Numbered from the stretch's first letter, positions 9,212 through 19,899 are shown. The stretch is DNA of 64,000 nt from an uncultured Puniceicoccaceae bacterium (GCA_963933835.1 CAWVVV010000002.1:352001-416000), one strand, 5' to 3'. Translations and numbers: made by a program. Notes: generated by a model from the sequence alone, not told the origin.

Positions 9212-9991
9212 ATGGCTACACCTAACATACACCCCACCGCGATTGTCGAAGAAGGTGCCCAGTTGGGCGCCGACGTCGTCATCGGCCCACTTTCCTACGT
9301 CGGCCCGCTCGTTCGTCTCGGCAATGGTACGCGCCTCCATCACCATGCGACCGTCGAGGGCAATACCACGCTGGGTTCCGGCAATGAAATCTTTCCCTAC
9401 GCACTCGTTGGTGGACGAACGCAGGATAAGAAATGGGCAGGCGATGAAGCTCCGGTTAATATCGGCGACAACAACATCTTTCGCGAACACGCAACCGTTC
9501 ACACCGCTACTTTTGATGGCGGGGAAACGCGAGTGGGTTCAGGGAACCTCTTCTGCGCCTACAGCCACATCGGGCATGAAAGCAGTGTCGGCGACGACTG
9601 CGTCTTCAGTAACAACGCTACCCTTGGTGGCCACTGTGTGATCGGCGATCGCGTCGTTATCGGCGGGCTCTCCGCCGTGCACCAATTTGTCAACGTAGGT
9701 TCGATGGCGATGATCGCCGGTATGGCCCGCGTTGTTCAGGATGTCATGCCTGGCATGATCGTTGAAGGAACGCCAGCGACCCACCGCGCTTACAATAAGG
9801 TAGGACTGCAAAGGGCAGGATACGATGAGGCTGATCTCATCGCGGTGAAGCGCCTCTACAAGCATTTCTTCCGCTCGAAGCTCAATCGAGGCCAAGCTGC
9901 TGAAGCCCTCAATGCAGGCGACTTAGGCGACCACCGCTTCCACGAGCTGATCAAAGCCTTTCTCGAAAAGAGCACCCGCGGGCTCGCCTGA
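9212..9991 (+). CDS. lpxA: UDP-N-acetylglucosamine O-acyltransferase
   Basis: IHPTAIVE start, hexapeptide repeats, SHIGHE, VHQF, NKVGLQRAG; follows lpxC-fabZ. Confidence 0.9.
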   Translation: MATPNIHPTAIVEEGAQLGADVVIGPLSYVGPLVRLGNGTRLHHHATVEGNTTLGSGNEIFPYALVGGRTQDKKWAGDEAPVNIGDNNIFREHATVHTATFDGGETRVGSGNLFCAYSHIGHESSVGDDCVFSNNATLGGHCVIGDRVVIGGLSAVHQFVNVGSMAMIAGMARVVQDVMPGMIVEGTPATHRAYNKVGLQRAGYDEADLIAVKRLYKHFFRSKLNRGQAAEALNAGDLGDHRFHELIKAFLEKSTRGLA

Positions 9992-10060
9992 TTTTAGGGC
10001 GAGGAGGTAGGCTTTAGTTTTTCAGTATAAGAATTTGGATACATATCGATAATTCAAATT

Positions 10061-10378
10061 ATGGAAACCGATCACATTGTCATCTTAACCACCTGTCCAA
10101 CAATGGAGGAGGCGGTTAAGATCGAAACAGATTTACTTCAGCGGCGCCTCGCGGCCTGTGTTCAAAAGGACAAAATAGAAAGTTCCTATCTTTGGAAAGG
10201 AAACCTCCAGACTGCGACCGAAGTGCGTTTGATGATAAAAACCAAACAGGCACTTTTCGCCGCGGTAGAAGGAGCGATTCGGAGCGGATCTAGCTACGAC
10301 ACTCCGGAAGTGATCGCCCTGCCGATGGTGGCTGGGAGCAGCGACTATCTTTCATGGATCGATCAGGTGACTGCCTGA
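10061..10378 (+). CDS. cutA: Divalent-cation tolerance protein CutA
   Basis: RLAACVQ, SSYLWKG, SYDTPEVIALP, YLSWI. Confidence 0.9.
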   Translation: METDHIVILTTCPTMEEAVKIETDLLQRRLAACVQKDKIESSYLWKGNLQTATEVRLMIKTKQALFAAVEGAIRSGSSYDTPEVIALPMVAGSSDYLSWIDQVTA

Positions 10379-10466
10379 GCGTCGGCCTAGGGGACTGCAT
10401 CCTTATCCGAAATATCCTTCTGAAGACTGAGGTATCGAAATTTCGAACAGCCTAGGGTTTGAGAAT

Positions 10467-10546
10467 GGAGGGATCGGCTCCCGCCGGTCCGCTGCGCTCT
10501 AAAATCACATCATCCACGTCGTGGACAGGCAGGAACCTGTCCCTTA
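10467..10546. repeat. REP/REPIN-like pair of inverted palindromes
   Basis: GGAG + GGATCGGC-TCCC-GCCGGTCC (10467-10490) and GGACAGG-CAGGAA-CCTGTCC (10523-10542); the two units are imperfect reverse complements, 32 bp apart, between convergent genes. Confidence 0.6.
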
Positions 10547-10580
10547 AATGCGGTTCTTCCGCGTTTTAAAAGACACTTGG

Positions 10581-11525
10581 TTACCCGAGCTTGTCTTTGG
10601 CCTGATCGAGGGTCCGCTTTTCCTCTTTGGTTAAGGAGCCGAAGCCGTAGGTGTTGATTTTGTCGAGGATGCGATCGACTTCGTTGCGCAGCGCCTTGCC
10701 TGCGCTCGATGGTTCATCTTGAGCGCGCGCTCTCTTCTGCTTCAGGTTTAGAGTGACGCGCCCTGTAGTTACTTTCGGTTCATTTGAGCTCGATGAGGGG
10801 GTATTTCCTGAGTCCGCAAGCCCTTGCAAGAAACTTAAAAGAGTGGGCCGTGAGAGGAGAAAGCGGAAGTATAGGTAGGCCGCGCCAATCCCTCCAAGGT
10901 GTGCTGAATAGGCAACGCCGCTCTGTCCATTCAGCTCGGTGAAGCGAAACATGAAAACTTGGATGCCGGTGATGACCAAGAAGCCGGTCTTCCCCGTGAA
11001 AGAAACCGGGATCACGAAATAGAGCAGGATCGTGGTGCGCTCCGACCAGCGTTCGAGGAAGAAGAGGACGAGAAGCCCGTAGCCCGCAGACGATGCGCCG
11101 ACAAGGGCACCAGAACTACCTCCGAGCTGGTTTATCTGAAAGATTTGGACCGGCAGCCAGACCAAGCCGCCCGCTAGGACACAAAAATGAAAGATTTCTA
11201 GGAGACGCTGGGAGCCGAATCGCTGTTGAATGTGCCTCCCTACAAAATAGATGATGAGGGTGTTGACGAGGAGATGCCATGGAATGACCCCATCAGTGCT
11301 ATGAAGATAGCCGTAGCTCAGAAAGGAATAGAAGAGCCCCGTCTTGAGGCCACCCACGGAGAGCCCAAACCAGTTCGAGAGCACCTCTGGGCCGATCCAG
11401 TTTTGAAAGATCTTCTGGATAACAAAGACGACAACCAGCGTAATGAGGATGGTTTTGAGCGCGTCGAAGCGCTTCTCTGGACGAGAGAAATCTTCCCGCA
11501 TGTAGGAACGACTGTAGATACTCAT
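10581..11525 (-). CDS. Rhomboid-family intramembrane serine protease with soluble C-terminal tail
   Basis: WHLLVN, GASSA (catalytic Ser), AYSAHLGG (catalytic His); tail EVDRILDKI...GSLTKEEK. Confidence 0.9.
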   Translation of the reverse strand: MSIYSRSYMREDFSRPEKRFDALKTILITLVVVFVIQKIFQNWIGPEVLSNWFGLSVGGLKTGLFYSFLSYGYLHSTDGVIPWHLLVNTLIIYFVGRHIQQRFGSQRLLEIFHFCVLAGGLVWLPVQIFQINQLGGSSGALVGASSAGYGLLVLFFLERWSERTTILLYFVIPVSFTGKTGFLVITGIQVFMFRFTELNGQSGVAYSAHLGGIGAAYLYFRFLLSRPTLLSFLQGLADSGNTPSSSSNEPKVTTGRVTLNLKQKRARAQDEPSSAGKALRNEVDRILDKINTYGFGSLTKEEKRTLDQAKDKLG

Positions 11526-11654
11526 AAAGCCTTAAGATCGTGCCCAAGGGCGTTCGCTTGGCAAGTGTCTGTCCATCTTCATATGACTAAGATGGAATGT
11601 AAAAGACCCGATCGTCCTTGACTCATTCAGCCGAATGCGGAGCTTTTCCGCTCT

Positions 11655-11891
11655 ATGGCAGACAAAGAAGACAAGTGGGAAGACAACATCATAGGTAAGT
11701 TTTACGTCGACGAGCAGTGCATCGACTGTGACCTGTGCCGCGAAACCGCCCCTGACTTTTTCACCCGGAGTGATGATGGCGGGTTTTCATTTGTCCATAA
11801 GCAGCCAACCTCGGACGAAGAAATCGGCCAATGCATGGAGGCCCTCGAAGGCTGCCCAGTCGAGGCGATCGGGGACGACGGCGACAGCTAA
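11655..11891 (+). CDS. Single-cluster ferredoxin
   Basis: CIDCDLC...CPVEAI. Confidence 0.9.
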   Translation: MADKEDKWEDNIIGKFYVDEQCIDCDLCRETAPDFFTRSDDGGFSFVHKQPTSDEEIGQCMEALEGCPVEAIGDDGDS

Positions 11892-11925
11892 GAGCGCCAC
11901 GAATTACGAAGGACTCGGCGCAGGC

Positions 11926-12246
11926 TCAAGTAAACGCGCCCTTGAACCAGCTTCCGAGCAGTGGCACAGGCTCTTGCTTTTTGTTCACTGCGTTCATCAA
12001 GCCAAAGACCCAGAGAACGAGGGAAAAGACCCACGCGAATAGGTTCACGATGGGTATAAAGGTAAAGCCGATGCTGAGAAGAAGCAGGCCCATCATCTGG
12101 CGCAGGTGATAGGCGCCGAGTAGCGTCTTCTTTTGAGTGTGAAGCACGATCGCCACGATGAATCCAATGATCGTGATATAAGCGACAATCGCGGTGGTGT
12201 TATCGTCCCCAGAGGTGGACGTCGTTGGGTTTTCGGTTTCTTCCAT
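11926..12246 (-). CDS. Small three-helix membrane protein (DUF4870-like)
   Basis: AIVAYITIIGFIVA, YHLRQ, GLMNAVN...PVPLLG pattern. Confidence 0.7.
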   Translation of the reverse strand: MEETENPTTSTSGDDNTTAIVAYITIIGFIVAIVLHTQKKTLLGAYHLRQMMGLLLLSIGFTFIPIVNLFAWVFSLVLWVFGLMNAVNKKQEPVPLLGSWFKGAFT

Positions 12247-12310
12247 AGCTTGTGTAGTTAGCGGTGAAAAGAGATGAGGCCGCCTTGGCTAGTGTTTGAT
12301 TTCAAGGAAA

Positions 12311-13783
12311 TTAGTAGCGTTTCCATAAAGCGGGTACAAAGAGGACTAAAATAGCGTAGAGTTCAACCCTTCCTAGCACCATCAAGAGCGAAAGGAATCC
12401 CTTCGTGATGCTTTTGAAGCTAGCATAGGTTTCTGTGGGGCCGATCTCGGCGAACCCCGTCCCGATATTAAAGAGACAGGAGATCGTGGTAGACACGGTC
12501 CCAACGAGACTGAGGTTCGGCTCGAGCAGAGCGACGACAAGGACGCCGCCCACCGTAGTGAATCCCAGGGTGAGGAAGTAGACCATGACGGCTTCCTGCG
12601 AACTTCGGCCGATCGTCTGCCCATTGGCGAGGAGCGGCCGGACGACGTGGGCACGATAAGCCTTTTCGATGTGGAGGCGGGCGATTTTGCCCGCAACGAT
12701 GAGGCGAATCACTTTCGCCCCTCCAGCGGTCGACCCAGAACAGCCTCCGCAAATCATGAGGAGGACGAGGATGATCTGAATCAGAGGGCTCCAAAGATCG
12801 TAATTCTCGGTCGAAAAGCCACTGGTCGTGATCAAACTTACGACCTGAAAGAGCGAGGCGCGAAGACTGCCCTCGATCGTTCCGTAATTATCACCAAGGA
12901 ACAGGACAATAGCGGTGAAAGTACCCGTCACCAAGATGATCGCGTAGAAGAGCTTGATCTCGGTCGATTTGCTGAACGCTGCCCAATCGCCACGAAGCAA
13001 ACGGAGCATGGGGATAAAACTCGTCCCGCCGATCACCATGAAGACAATCATGACCCATTCGATCGCTGGGCTGTTGAAGGCAGCGATACTTCCAGAGCGC
13101 GTACTGAACCCAGCGGTGCTCAAGGTTGTGAAGCCATGATTGATCGCATCGAACAGGCTCATCCCTGCCAAATAGAGCGCTCCGATACAGGCAGCCGTGA
13201 GCCCGAAGTAGAGATACATGAGGCGAAAAATGCCTTTTTGAATCCGCGCTGAGTCGAGCTCAGTGGAGTCGGCACTCGATTCACGCGAGAAAAGAACCTT
13301 CGAGCCGGCACCGAGAAAAGAGAGCACCGCGACGAAGAAGACGACGATCCCGAGGCCGCCTATCCACTGGGAAATCGAACGCCAGAAGAGGAGGCTGGGT
13401 GGCAACCTCTCAAGATCACTCAGGACGGATGCGCCCGTTGTGGTAATACCTGAGGTGGATTCAAAGAGTGCTGAGAAGAAATCAAGTTCCGGAATGATCA
13501 GGTAGTAGGGAAGTGCCCCAATGAGACTTGCGCTCAGCCAGGCAGTCCCGATGACGGCAAGCGCCTCGCGCCGAAAGATGACGTTCTTACTATTGCGACC
13601 CAGGAGGTAGAATCCGATCGCGAACGCTGCGGTGAGGAGCGCACTGAGGAGGAAGCCATTCAGTGTCGGATATTTCCCGTAGGGATCGTCGATCGTTGCG
13701 GCCAGTAGCGCGCTGCCGCCGAAAGCTACCGTCAGCGCCGCAAGGATCACGGCTTGGAGTTTGAAAACGAGGAGATAATTCAT
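12311..13783 (-). CDS. trkH: Trk potassium uptake membrane protein
   Basis: FESTSGITTTGAS, QWIGGLG, STAGFS, GGCSGSTAGGAK, MVLGRVE. Confidence 0.95.
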   Translation of the reverse strand: MNYLLVFKLQAVILAALTVAFGGSALLAATIDDPYGKYPTLNGFLLSALLTAAFAIGFYLLGRNSKNVIFRREALAVIGTAWLSASLIGALPYYLIIPELDFFSALFESTSGITTTGASVLSDLERLPPSLLFWRSISQWIGGLGIVVFFVAVLSFLGAGSKVLFSRESSADSTELDSARIQKGIFRLMYLYFGLTAACIGALYLAGMSLFDAINHGFTTLSTAGFSTRSGSIAAFNSPAIEWVMIVFMVIGGTSFIPMLRLLRGDWAAFSKSTEIKLFYAIILVTGTFTAIVLFLGDNYGTIEGSLRASLFQVVSLITTSGFSTENYDLWSPLIQIILVLLMICGGCSGSTAGGAKVIRLIVAGKIARLHIEKAYRAHVVRPLLANGQTIGRSSQEAVMVYFLTLGFTTVGGVLVVALLEPNLSLVGTVSTTISCLFNIGTGFAEIGPTETYASFKSITKGFLSLLMVLGRVELYAILVLFVPALWKRY

Positions 13784-13803
13784 CTCGGAAGGCGGTGCCG
13801 AAC

Positions 13804-15156
13804 TCAGTCGCGAAGGAGGCGAAGAAGGTCCTTAATGTTTTCGTCGCGTGTGATCACAACGACACGATCGCCCGCGAGAATCTGATCCTCAGCGCCAGGG
13901 ACCCTCGCCTGATGCTCGTGCAGAAGTGCAACGACGACCGCGTGCTCCGGCCATTCGATTTCACGCAGGCGTTTGTTTGCGGCAGGGCTCTTAGCCTCGA
14001 CCGGAATTTCGAGGACGCGCCCGCTGTGGTGTGGAAATTGGAACAGTTCGATGTAAGGATCCTTCGATACGTAACGCATGACCTCCTTTGCCGTCACGAC
14101 GCGGGGAGAGACGATGGTCTCGATCCCGAGCCCCTGCTTCATGTTGAGCAAGATATCTTCGTAGTCACTCTTCGTGATGATGGCCTGCACGTGTTTCGCG
14201 CCGAGCTTGTTCGCTTGGGCCGAAGTGAGGACATTGCGTTCATCATCGGCGGTCGCGGCGACAAAGTAGTCCGCTTCGCCGATTTGTTCCTCTTCCATGA
14301 GGCGCAGGGAGGTGCCGTCACCATTGATAAAGGTGACGTGAGGAAATTGATTTCCGAGCAACTCGCAGCGCTCCTCGACTTTTTCGATCACCCGGATCTT
14401 GAAGCGGGTGTGGTTGAGCAGCCGAAGGAGGGCGAGCGCGACTTCACCTCCGCCAAGGATGGCGATGTTGCGCATGTGGCCGGTCGAAGCTGGATCGATC
14501 TTCGAGCGCAGATCGTAGAGATCGTTCGAGCGACCAAAGACAGTGAGCGTGTCTCCGGCTACTAGGATCGTGTTGCCCGTCGGCACGTCTTGATCCTCCC
14601 CCCGGGCGATATAACCGATTTTAACCTGCGGCGGGAGCTTGATGTCACGCAGTGCCAAGCCGACATACTTTGATTTGGAGTTCACTTCAAAGCGCTGGGC
14701 TTCGATCTGACCCCGAGCAAAATTCTCGACCGCGACCCGAGCTGGATTACGGATCGATTTCGCCAACTCGACCGCAGAGAGCATCTCTGGGTTGATCAGG
14801 ATATCGATGCCGAAGTGTTCGCGGTAGTTAAAGTGTGAGGTGTCCGCAAAAGTGGAGTCGTGGATGCGTGTGATGACGGTTCCCGCACCCAGCTTCTTTG
14901 CTAGGGAGGAGGCGATGAGGTTCGTCTGGTCATCACGTGTCATTGCCATGAAGAAGTCTGCCTTCTCTACATGGGCTTTGTTCAGAACTGAGACGCTGCT
15001 GCCATTACCGTTCACGACACGGACGTTATAGTGCTCGTCGAGGAGACGGCAGATCTCGGGATTCGTCTCGATGACCGTTACCTCATGCCCGCGCTCACTC
15101 AGTTGCGCGCTCAGATAGCTGCCGACTTCCCCGGCGCCAACTACAACAAGTTTCAT
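13804..15156 (-). CDS. trkA: Trk potassium uptake NAD-binding subunit
   Basis: Two RCK halves (GAGEVG, GGGEVA) with TrkA-C domains; upstream of trkH. Confidence 0.95.
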   Translation of the reverse strand: MKLVVVGAGEVGSYLSAQLSERGHEVTVIETNPEICRLLDEHYNVRVVNGNGSSVSVLNKAHVEKADFFMAMTRDDQTNLIASSLAKKLGAGTVITRIHDSTFADTSHFNYREHFGIDILINPEMLSAVELAKSIRNPARVAVENFARGQIEAQRFEVNSKSKYVGLALRDIKLPPQVKIGYIARGEDQDVPTGNTILVAGDTLTVFGRSNDLYDLRSKIDPASTGHMRNIAILGGGEVALALLRLLNHTRFKIRVIEKVEERCELLGNQFPHVTFINGDGTSLRLMEEEQIGEADYFVAATADDERNVLTSAQANKLGAKHVQAIITKSDYEDILLNMKQGLGIETIVSPRVVTAKEVMRYVSKDPYIELFQFPHHSGRVLEIPVEAKSPAANKRLREIEWPEHAVVVALLHEHQARVPGAEDQILAGDRVVVITRDENIKDLLRLLRD

Positions 15157-15542
15157 AAGCGATGGCAGGCTAGGGCACTTGGCGCGAAAGGAAAGGGTAA
15201 TAAAAGGGGGCTGTGCGGCGGTTTTCTAGCGGGGAGCCATCTTAGATTCCTAGCGTGGTCCGATTCGCAATGGGGCAATTTCTGAAGGATACATTCCTGC
15301 TGAACTTCGGTTTTTCTCCGGTATTCCAGCTTTAAGAAATAGATATAGATGTCTTGGGTAGACTGAACTTTTAGGCCAAGTTTAATAGAGTGGCTTTCTT
15401 TGAGCGCCGGCTGGGTTTATTTCCTCGATGATGCGGAGGGCCGTTGGTTCCACTCAAGCGCGACGAATGATTGGCGTTTTGTCGCTGATTGAGCGGTTTT
15501 CCGGCGGATCAGGAATTTTCTGCTAAATATATCGTTCCCTCC

Positions 15543-15571
15543 TTGACAGGTGTGATGCCACCGTCCTTTTT
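15543..15571 (+). promoter_or_regulatory. Probable sigma70 promoter of the S10 operon
   Basis: Consensus TTGACA at 15543-15548, about 230 bp before rplC; -10 is poor. Confidence 0.4.
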
Positions 15572-15773
15572 CGAGGGCTTTCTCAATTGAAAATGAGGTG
15601 TGAAGGAAAGCCGCCGGACCTCTCCGCGGAACTCCACTAGTAACACTTCGAGCCATCACTTTAGTTTTACTGACTCCCGCAGCGCGGGCTGTCCCCTTAC
15701 TTTCTTAATTTTAAACCCTCTAATGCAGGTCTCAAAGACGGCGCACCGCGCTTTCCCCTGCCGCTTAGACACT

Positions 15774-16415
15774 ATGAAAACAACCCTCCTAGGCACCAAA
15801 ATTGGGATGACCCAAGTTTACAGCGACGAGAATGAACTCGTTCCTGTGACTGTCATTGAAGCAGGCCCTTGTCCTGTTATCCAAGTCAAGACGACCGAAA
15901 CGGATGGCTACAATGCTATCCAGATTGGCTTCGGCTCAAGTAAAGTGAAGAACACGCCAAAGGCGCTTCTCGGACACTTGAAGAAGGCCGGCCAAACACC
16001 TTTTGCGGAAATCCGCGAAGTTCGCACCGAGGGTGCGCCTGAGCAAGCTGTTGGCGACTCGATCGACATCACTGCTTTTGAAGGTGATGCGAAGGTCGAT
16101 ATCATCGGTGTTTCTAAGGGTCGTGGTTTCCAAGGCGTTATGCGTCGCTGGAATATGCATGGTCAGCCTGCCTCGCACGGTCACATGATGCACCGTCGCC
16201 CTGGTTCGATCGGTATGTGTCAGACACCGGGCCACGTTCAAAAAGGAAAGCACATGCCTGGCCACATGGGTCAGACACGTATCACCGCCCAAAACCTCAA
16301 GGTGGTGAAAATCATTCCTGAGAAGAACATCATCATGGTTAAGGGAAGTATTCCTGGCGCCAATGGCACTGCCGTTATGGTTCGCACCGCGGTTAAACAA
16401 AAGAAGTCGGCTTAA
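15774..16415 (+). CDS. rplC: 50S ribosomal protein L3
   Basis: LGTKIGMTQV, PVTVIEAGPC, SKGRGFQG, HRRPGSIG; start set at MKTTLL. Confidence 0.97.
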   Translation: MKTTLLGTKIGMTQVYSDENELVPVTVIEAGPCPVIQVKTTETDGYNAIQIGFGSSKVKNTPKALLGHLKKAGQTPFAEIREVRTEGAPEQAVGDSIDITAFEGDAKVDIIGVSKGRGFQGVMRRWNMHGQPASHGHMMHRRPGSIGMCQTPGHVQKGKHMPGHMGQTRITAQNLKVVKIIPEKNIIMVKGSIPGANGTAVMVRTAVKQKKSA

Positions 16416-16434
16416 CTGCACACGCCCTAAGACG

Positions 16435-17064
16435 ATGAAACTCAAACTTTATACTACCGACGGAGCGTCCTCCACTGAGAAGGATTGCTCGATTCCGGAA
16501 TTTGAAGGCGACAAGGGCATTCAAGCCCTCAAGCAAACAGTCCTTGCTCACCTCGCCAACCGCCGCCAAGGCACTGTCTCGACCAAGACCCGCTCGACGG
16601 TTCATGGAACAGGCAAGAAGCCGTTCAAGCAAAAAGGCACTGGTATGGCGCGTCAGGGCTCGAAGGTCGGCCCTCACCAATACCACGGTGCGGTGGCCCA
16701 CGGGCCTCAGCCCCACGACTGGTCGCAGAAGATCAACAAGAAGATGAAGAAGCTGGCTCTCAGCCGCGCTCTCTTTGACCGCGCTTTAGACGGCGAAATC
16801 GTTCTGATCGCGAACTGGGAAGTCTCTGCATCGAAAGCGAAGATCTTTAACCAACTCCTCGGCTCCGTTGCTCCTGAGGGTAGGGTGCTCATCGTCGATG
16901 ATGCCTGGAATGATCAAAACATTCTTGCAGCTCGTAACATCGCTCGCGTCGACATTTCGGAAGCGAAGGACGTCAACTCCGTCGATCTCTGTGATCACGC
17001 GACTATCATCTTAAGCGAAAAGGGCTTGGATACGCTCCTCAGCCGCACCAACGGAGGTAAATAA
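16435..17064 (+). CDS. rplD: 50S ribosomal protein L4
   Basis: RQGTVSTKTR, KKPFKQKGTGMARQGS. Confidence 0.97.
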   Translation: MKLKLYTTDGASSTEKDCSIPEFEGDKGIQALKQTVLAHLANRRQGTVSTKTRSTVHGTGKKPFKQKGTGMARQGSKVGPHQYHGAVAHGPQPHDWSQKINKKMKKLALSRALFDRALDGEIVLIANWEVSASKAKIFNQLLGSVAPEGRVLIVDDAWNDQNILAARNIARVDISEAKDVNSVDLCDHATIILSEKGLDTLLSRTNGGK

Positions 17065-17066
17065 TC

Positions 17067-17357
17067 ATGGCTGATCCTGCAAAAATTATCGTTCAACCCC
17101 TCGTGACTGAAAAAGCCACCGAGGCGACTTCGAACCTTAACCAATATTTCTTTAAGGTAGCTAAGAACGCTAACCGCGTCGCGGTGAAGTCTGCTATCGA
17201 GAAGCAATTTGGAGTTTCGGTTATAAGTGTTAACATCCTCAACGTTAAGCCTAAGGCCAAACGCAGCCGTCAACGCCGTGGTGTTGTTGGCTTCAAGTCT
17301 GGTTACAAAAAGGCGATCATCCGCGTAAAAGCCGGTGAAACGATCGACCTCGTCTAA
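17067..17357 (+). CDS. rplW: 50S ribosomal protein L23
   Basis: PLVTEKA, YKKAII. Confidence 0.95.
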   Translation: MADPAKIIVQPLVTEKATEATSNLNQYFFKVAKNANRVAVKSAIEKQFGVSVISVNILNVKPKAKRSRQRRGVVGFKSGYKKAIIRVKAGETIDLV

Positions 17358-17370
17358 GGAGAACTGAACC

Positions 17371-18216
<846 letters not shown>

Positions 18217-18237
18217 CCCTTCTAAGAATTTAAAGAT

Positions 18238-18504
18238 ATGGCACGCTCGCAAAAAAAAGGCTTTTTCGTTGATCTCAGCCTTTGGAAAAAGATCAAAGAG
18301 GCACAAGCGACAGACAATCGTCGCCCGCTCAAAACGTGGTCCCGACGCTCGGTCATCACACCTGAGTTTGTTGGCCTCAACCTCGAAATTCACAACGGTA
18401 AGATCTTCATTCCGCTCCACGTTACGGAAAACATGGTTGGACACCGTCTCGGTGAATTCTCGCCGACTCGCACCTTCCGTGGCCACGTTGCCGGGAAGAA
18501 ATAG
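18238..18504 (+). CDS. rpsS: 30S ribosomal protein S19
   Basis: [20 protein letters not shown]. Confidence 0.98.
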   Translation: MARSQKKGFFVDLSLWKKIKEAQATDNRRPLKTWSRRSVITPEFVGLNLEIHNGKIFIPLHVTENMVGHRLGEFSPTRTFRGHVAGKK

Positions 18505-18532
18505 CCATCATTCTTTACTGAACTTTTTTCCT

Positions 18533-18877
18533 ATGAAAGCACTCATCTCTCTTCTCTCTCTGGCTTGCGCCGTCGCCTCTTATGGCGCCGTCGAGCTGCC
18601 AGCATGGGCGAAGGCTGCGAGCGCTTCTCAGACACCTGCGATTGTCTCCGAAATCGTCGCCGGCGAGCACACCGACTTGGTAGTGCTCAATGGTGGATAC
18701 GACATCGGCCTTCGTAACGGAATGGTTCTTCAAGTCGCGCTCAGCTCTGAAGCCTCCGCGCGACTCCTCGTCGCCGAAGCCTCTGCCGAAAGCGCCGTCG
18801 CTCTCATCCTTGAATTGCCCGAAGGGCATTCCCTCAGCTCCGGCGGTAAAGCATACCCGTCCGTCATCCGCCTTTAA
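18533..18877 (+). CDS. Hypothetical secreted 114-aa protein inserted in the S10 operon
   Basis: Fills the rpsS-rplV gap on the same strand; signal-like MKALISLLSLACAVASYG; beta-rich VVLNGGYDIGLRNGMVLQV. Confidence 0.8.
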   Translation: MKALISLLSLACAVASYGAVELPAWAKAASASQTPAIVSEIVAGEHTDLVVLNGGYDIGLRNGMVLQVALSSEASARLLVAEASAESAVALILELPEGHSLSSGGKAYPSVIRL

Positions 18878-18896
18878 TTTTTCGCTCCACTCAATC

Positions 18897-19250
18897 ATGG
18901 AAGTCACTGCCTTAACCAAGCACACGCGCATTTCGCCTAAGAAAGCCCGCGATGTATCCAGCGTCATTGTCGGCCTCGCCGCCAACGACGCCCTTGAGCA
19001 GCTCAAGTTCATCCCGCGTAAAGCCGCCCGCCTTTTGCACAAGACACTCCAGAGTGCGATTGCGAATGCGGAAAATAACCACGACCTCTCTTCTGACGAC
19101 CTCGTCATCAAGTCAGCTATCGTGAACGAAGGCCCGGCCATGAAACGCTTCAAGCCTGTTGCCCGTGGATCTGCTCACCCGATCCGTAAGCGCACGAGCC
19201 ACCTCACTATCGTTCTCACTGAGAAGGCATCCGCTACTTCCAAAGCTTAA
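18897..19250 (+). CDS. rplV: 50S ribosomal protein L22
   Basis: RISPKKAR, SAIANAENN, VNEGP, KRTSHLTI. Confidence 0.97.
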   Translation: MEVTALTKHTRISPKKARDVSSVIVGLAANDALEQLKFIPRKAARLLHKTLQSAIANAENNHDLSSDDLVIKSAIVNEGPAMKRFKPVARGSAHPIRKRTSHLTIVLTEKASATSKA

Positions 19251-19260
19251 TTTCCACACT

Positions 19261-19899
19261 ATGGGACAAAAAGTAAATCCGATCAGTTTCCGCCTCGCCG
19301 TCCGTCGTGACTGGCAGAGCCGTTGGTTCGCAGGTAAAGACACCTACGCCGCCAACGTTGAGGAAGACTACCGCATCCGCGAATTTCTCGAGAGTAAGTT
19401 CCGCTTTGCTGCGGTGCCTAACATCTACATCGAACGTGCTGGACAGCGTGTTCGGATCAAGGTCCCAACCGCGCGCCCTGGTGTTGTCATCGGTCGTAAA
19501 GGTCAAGAGCTCGAAAAGATCAAGGAAGAGCTCAACAAGATGCTTAAGCGCGATGTCCTCCTCGATATTCAGGAAGTGAAGCGTCCGGACACCAACGCCC
19601 AGCTCGTTGCTGAGAGCGTGGCTCTCCAACTCGAGCGTCGTATTGCCTTCCGCCGTGCGATGAAAAAGACCATCCAGCAGACCATGAGTGTCGGCGTGGA
19701 CGGTATTCGTCTCCAAGTTTCAGGTCGCCTCGGTGGTTCTGACATTGCCCGCACAGAAAACTCCCGCGCTGGTCGCGTGCCTCTTCACACCCTGCGTGCC
19801 AACATCGACTACGGTTTCTGCGAAGCCCGCACTGTTTACGGTATTATCGGCATTAAGTGCTGGATCTGCCTTCCTTCTGACGAGCTTGGCCTCAGCTAA
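19261..19899 (+). CDS. rpsC: 30S ribosomal protein S3
   Basis: MGQKVNP, ARPGVVIGRKG, GRVPLHTLRANIDY. Confidence 0.98.
   Translation: MGQKVNPISFRLAVRRDWQSRWFAGKDTYAANVEEDYRIREFLESKFRFAAVPNIYIERAGQRVRIKVPTARPGVVIGRKGQELEKIKEELNKMLKRDVLLDIQEVKRPDTNAQLVAESVALQLERRIAFRRAMKKTIQQTMSVGVDGIRLQVSGRLGGSDIARTENSRAGRVPLHTLRANIDYGFCEARTVYGIIGIKCWICLPSDELGLS

Noticed and set aside
13795..14565. 256-aa plus-strand ORF
   Set aside because: Antisense shadow of trkA.
15157..15540. Small ORFs or an RNA gene in the trkA-rplC gap
   Set aside because: No recognisable protein motif, tRNA cloverleaf or riboswitch consensus.
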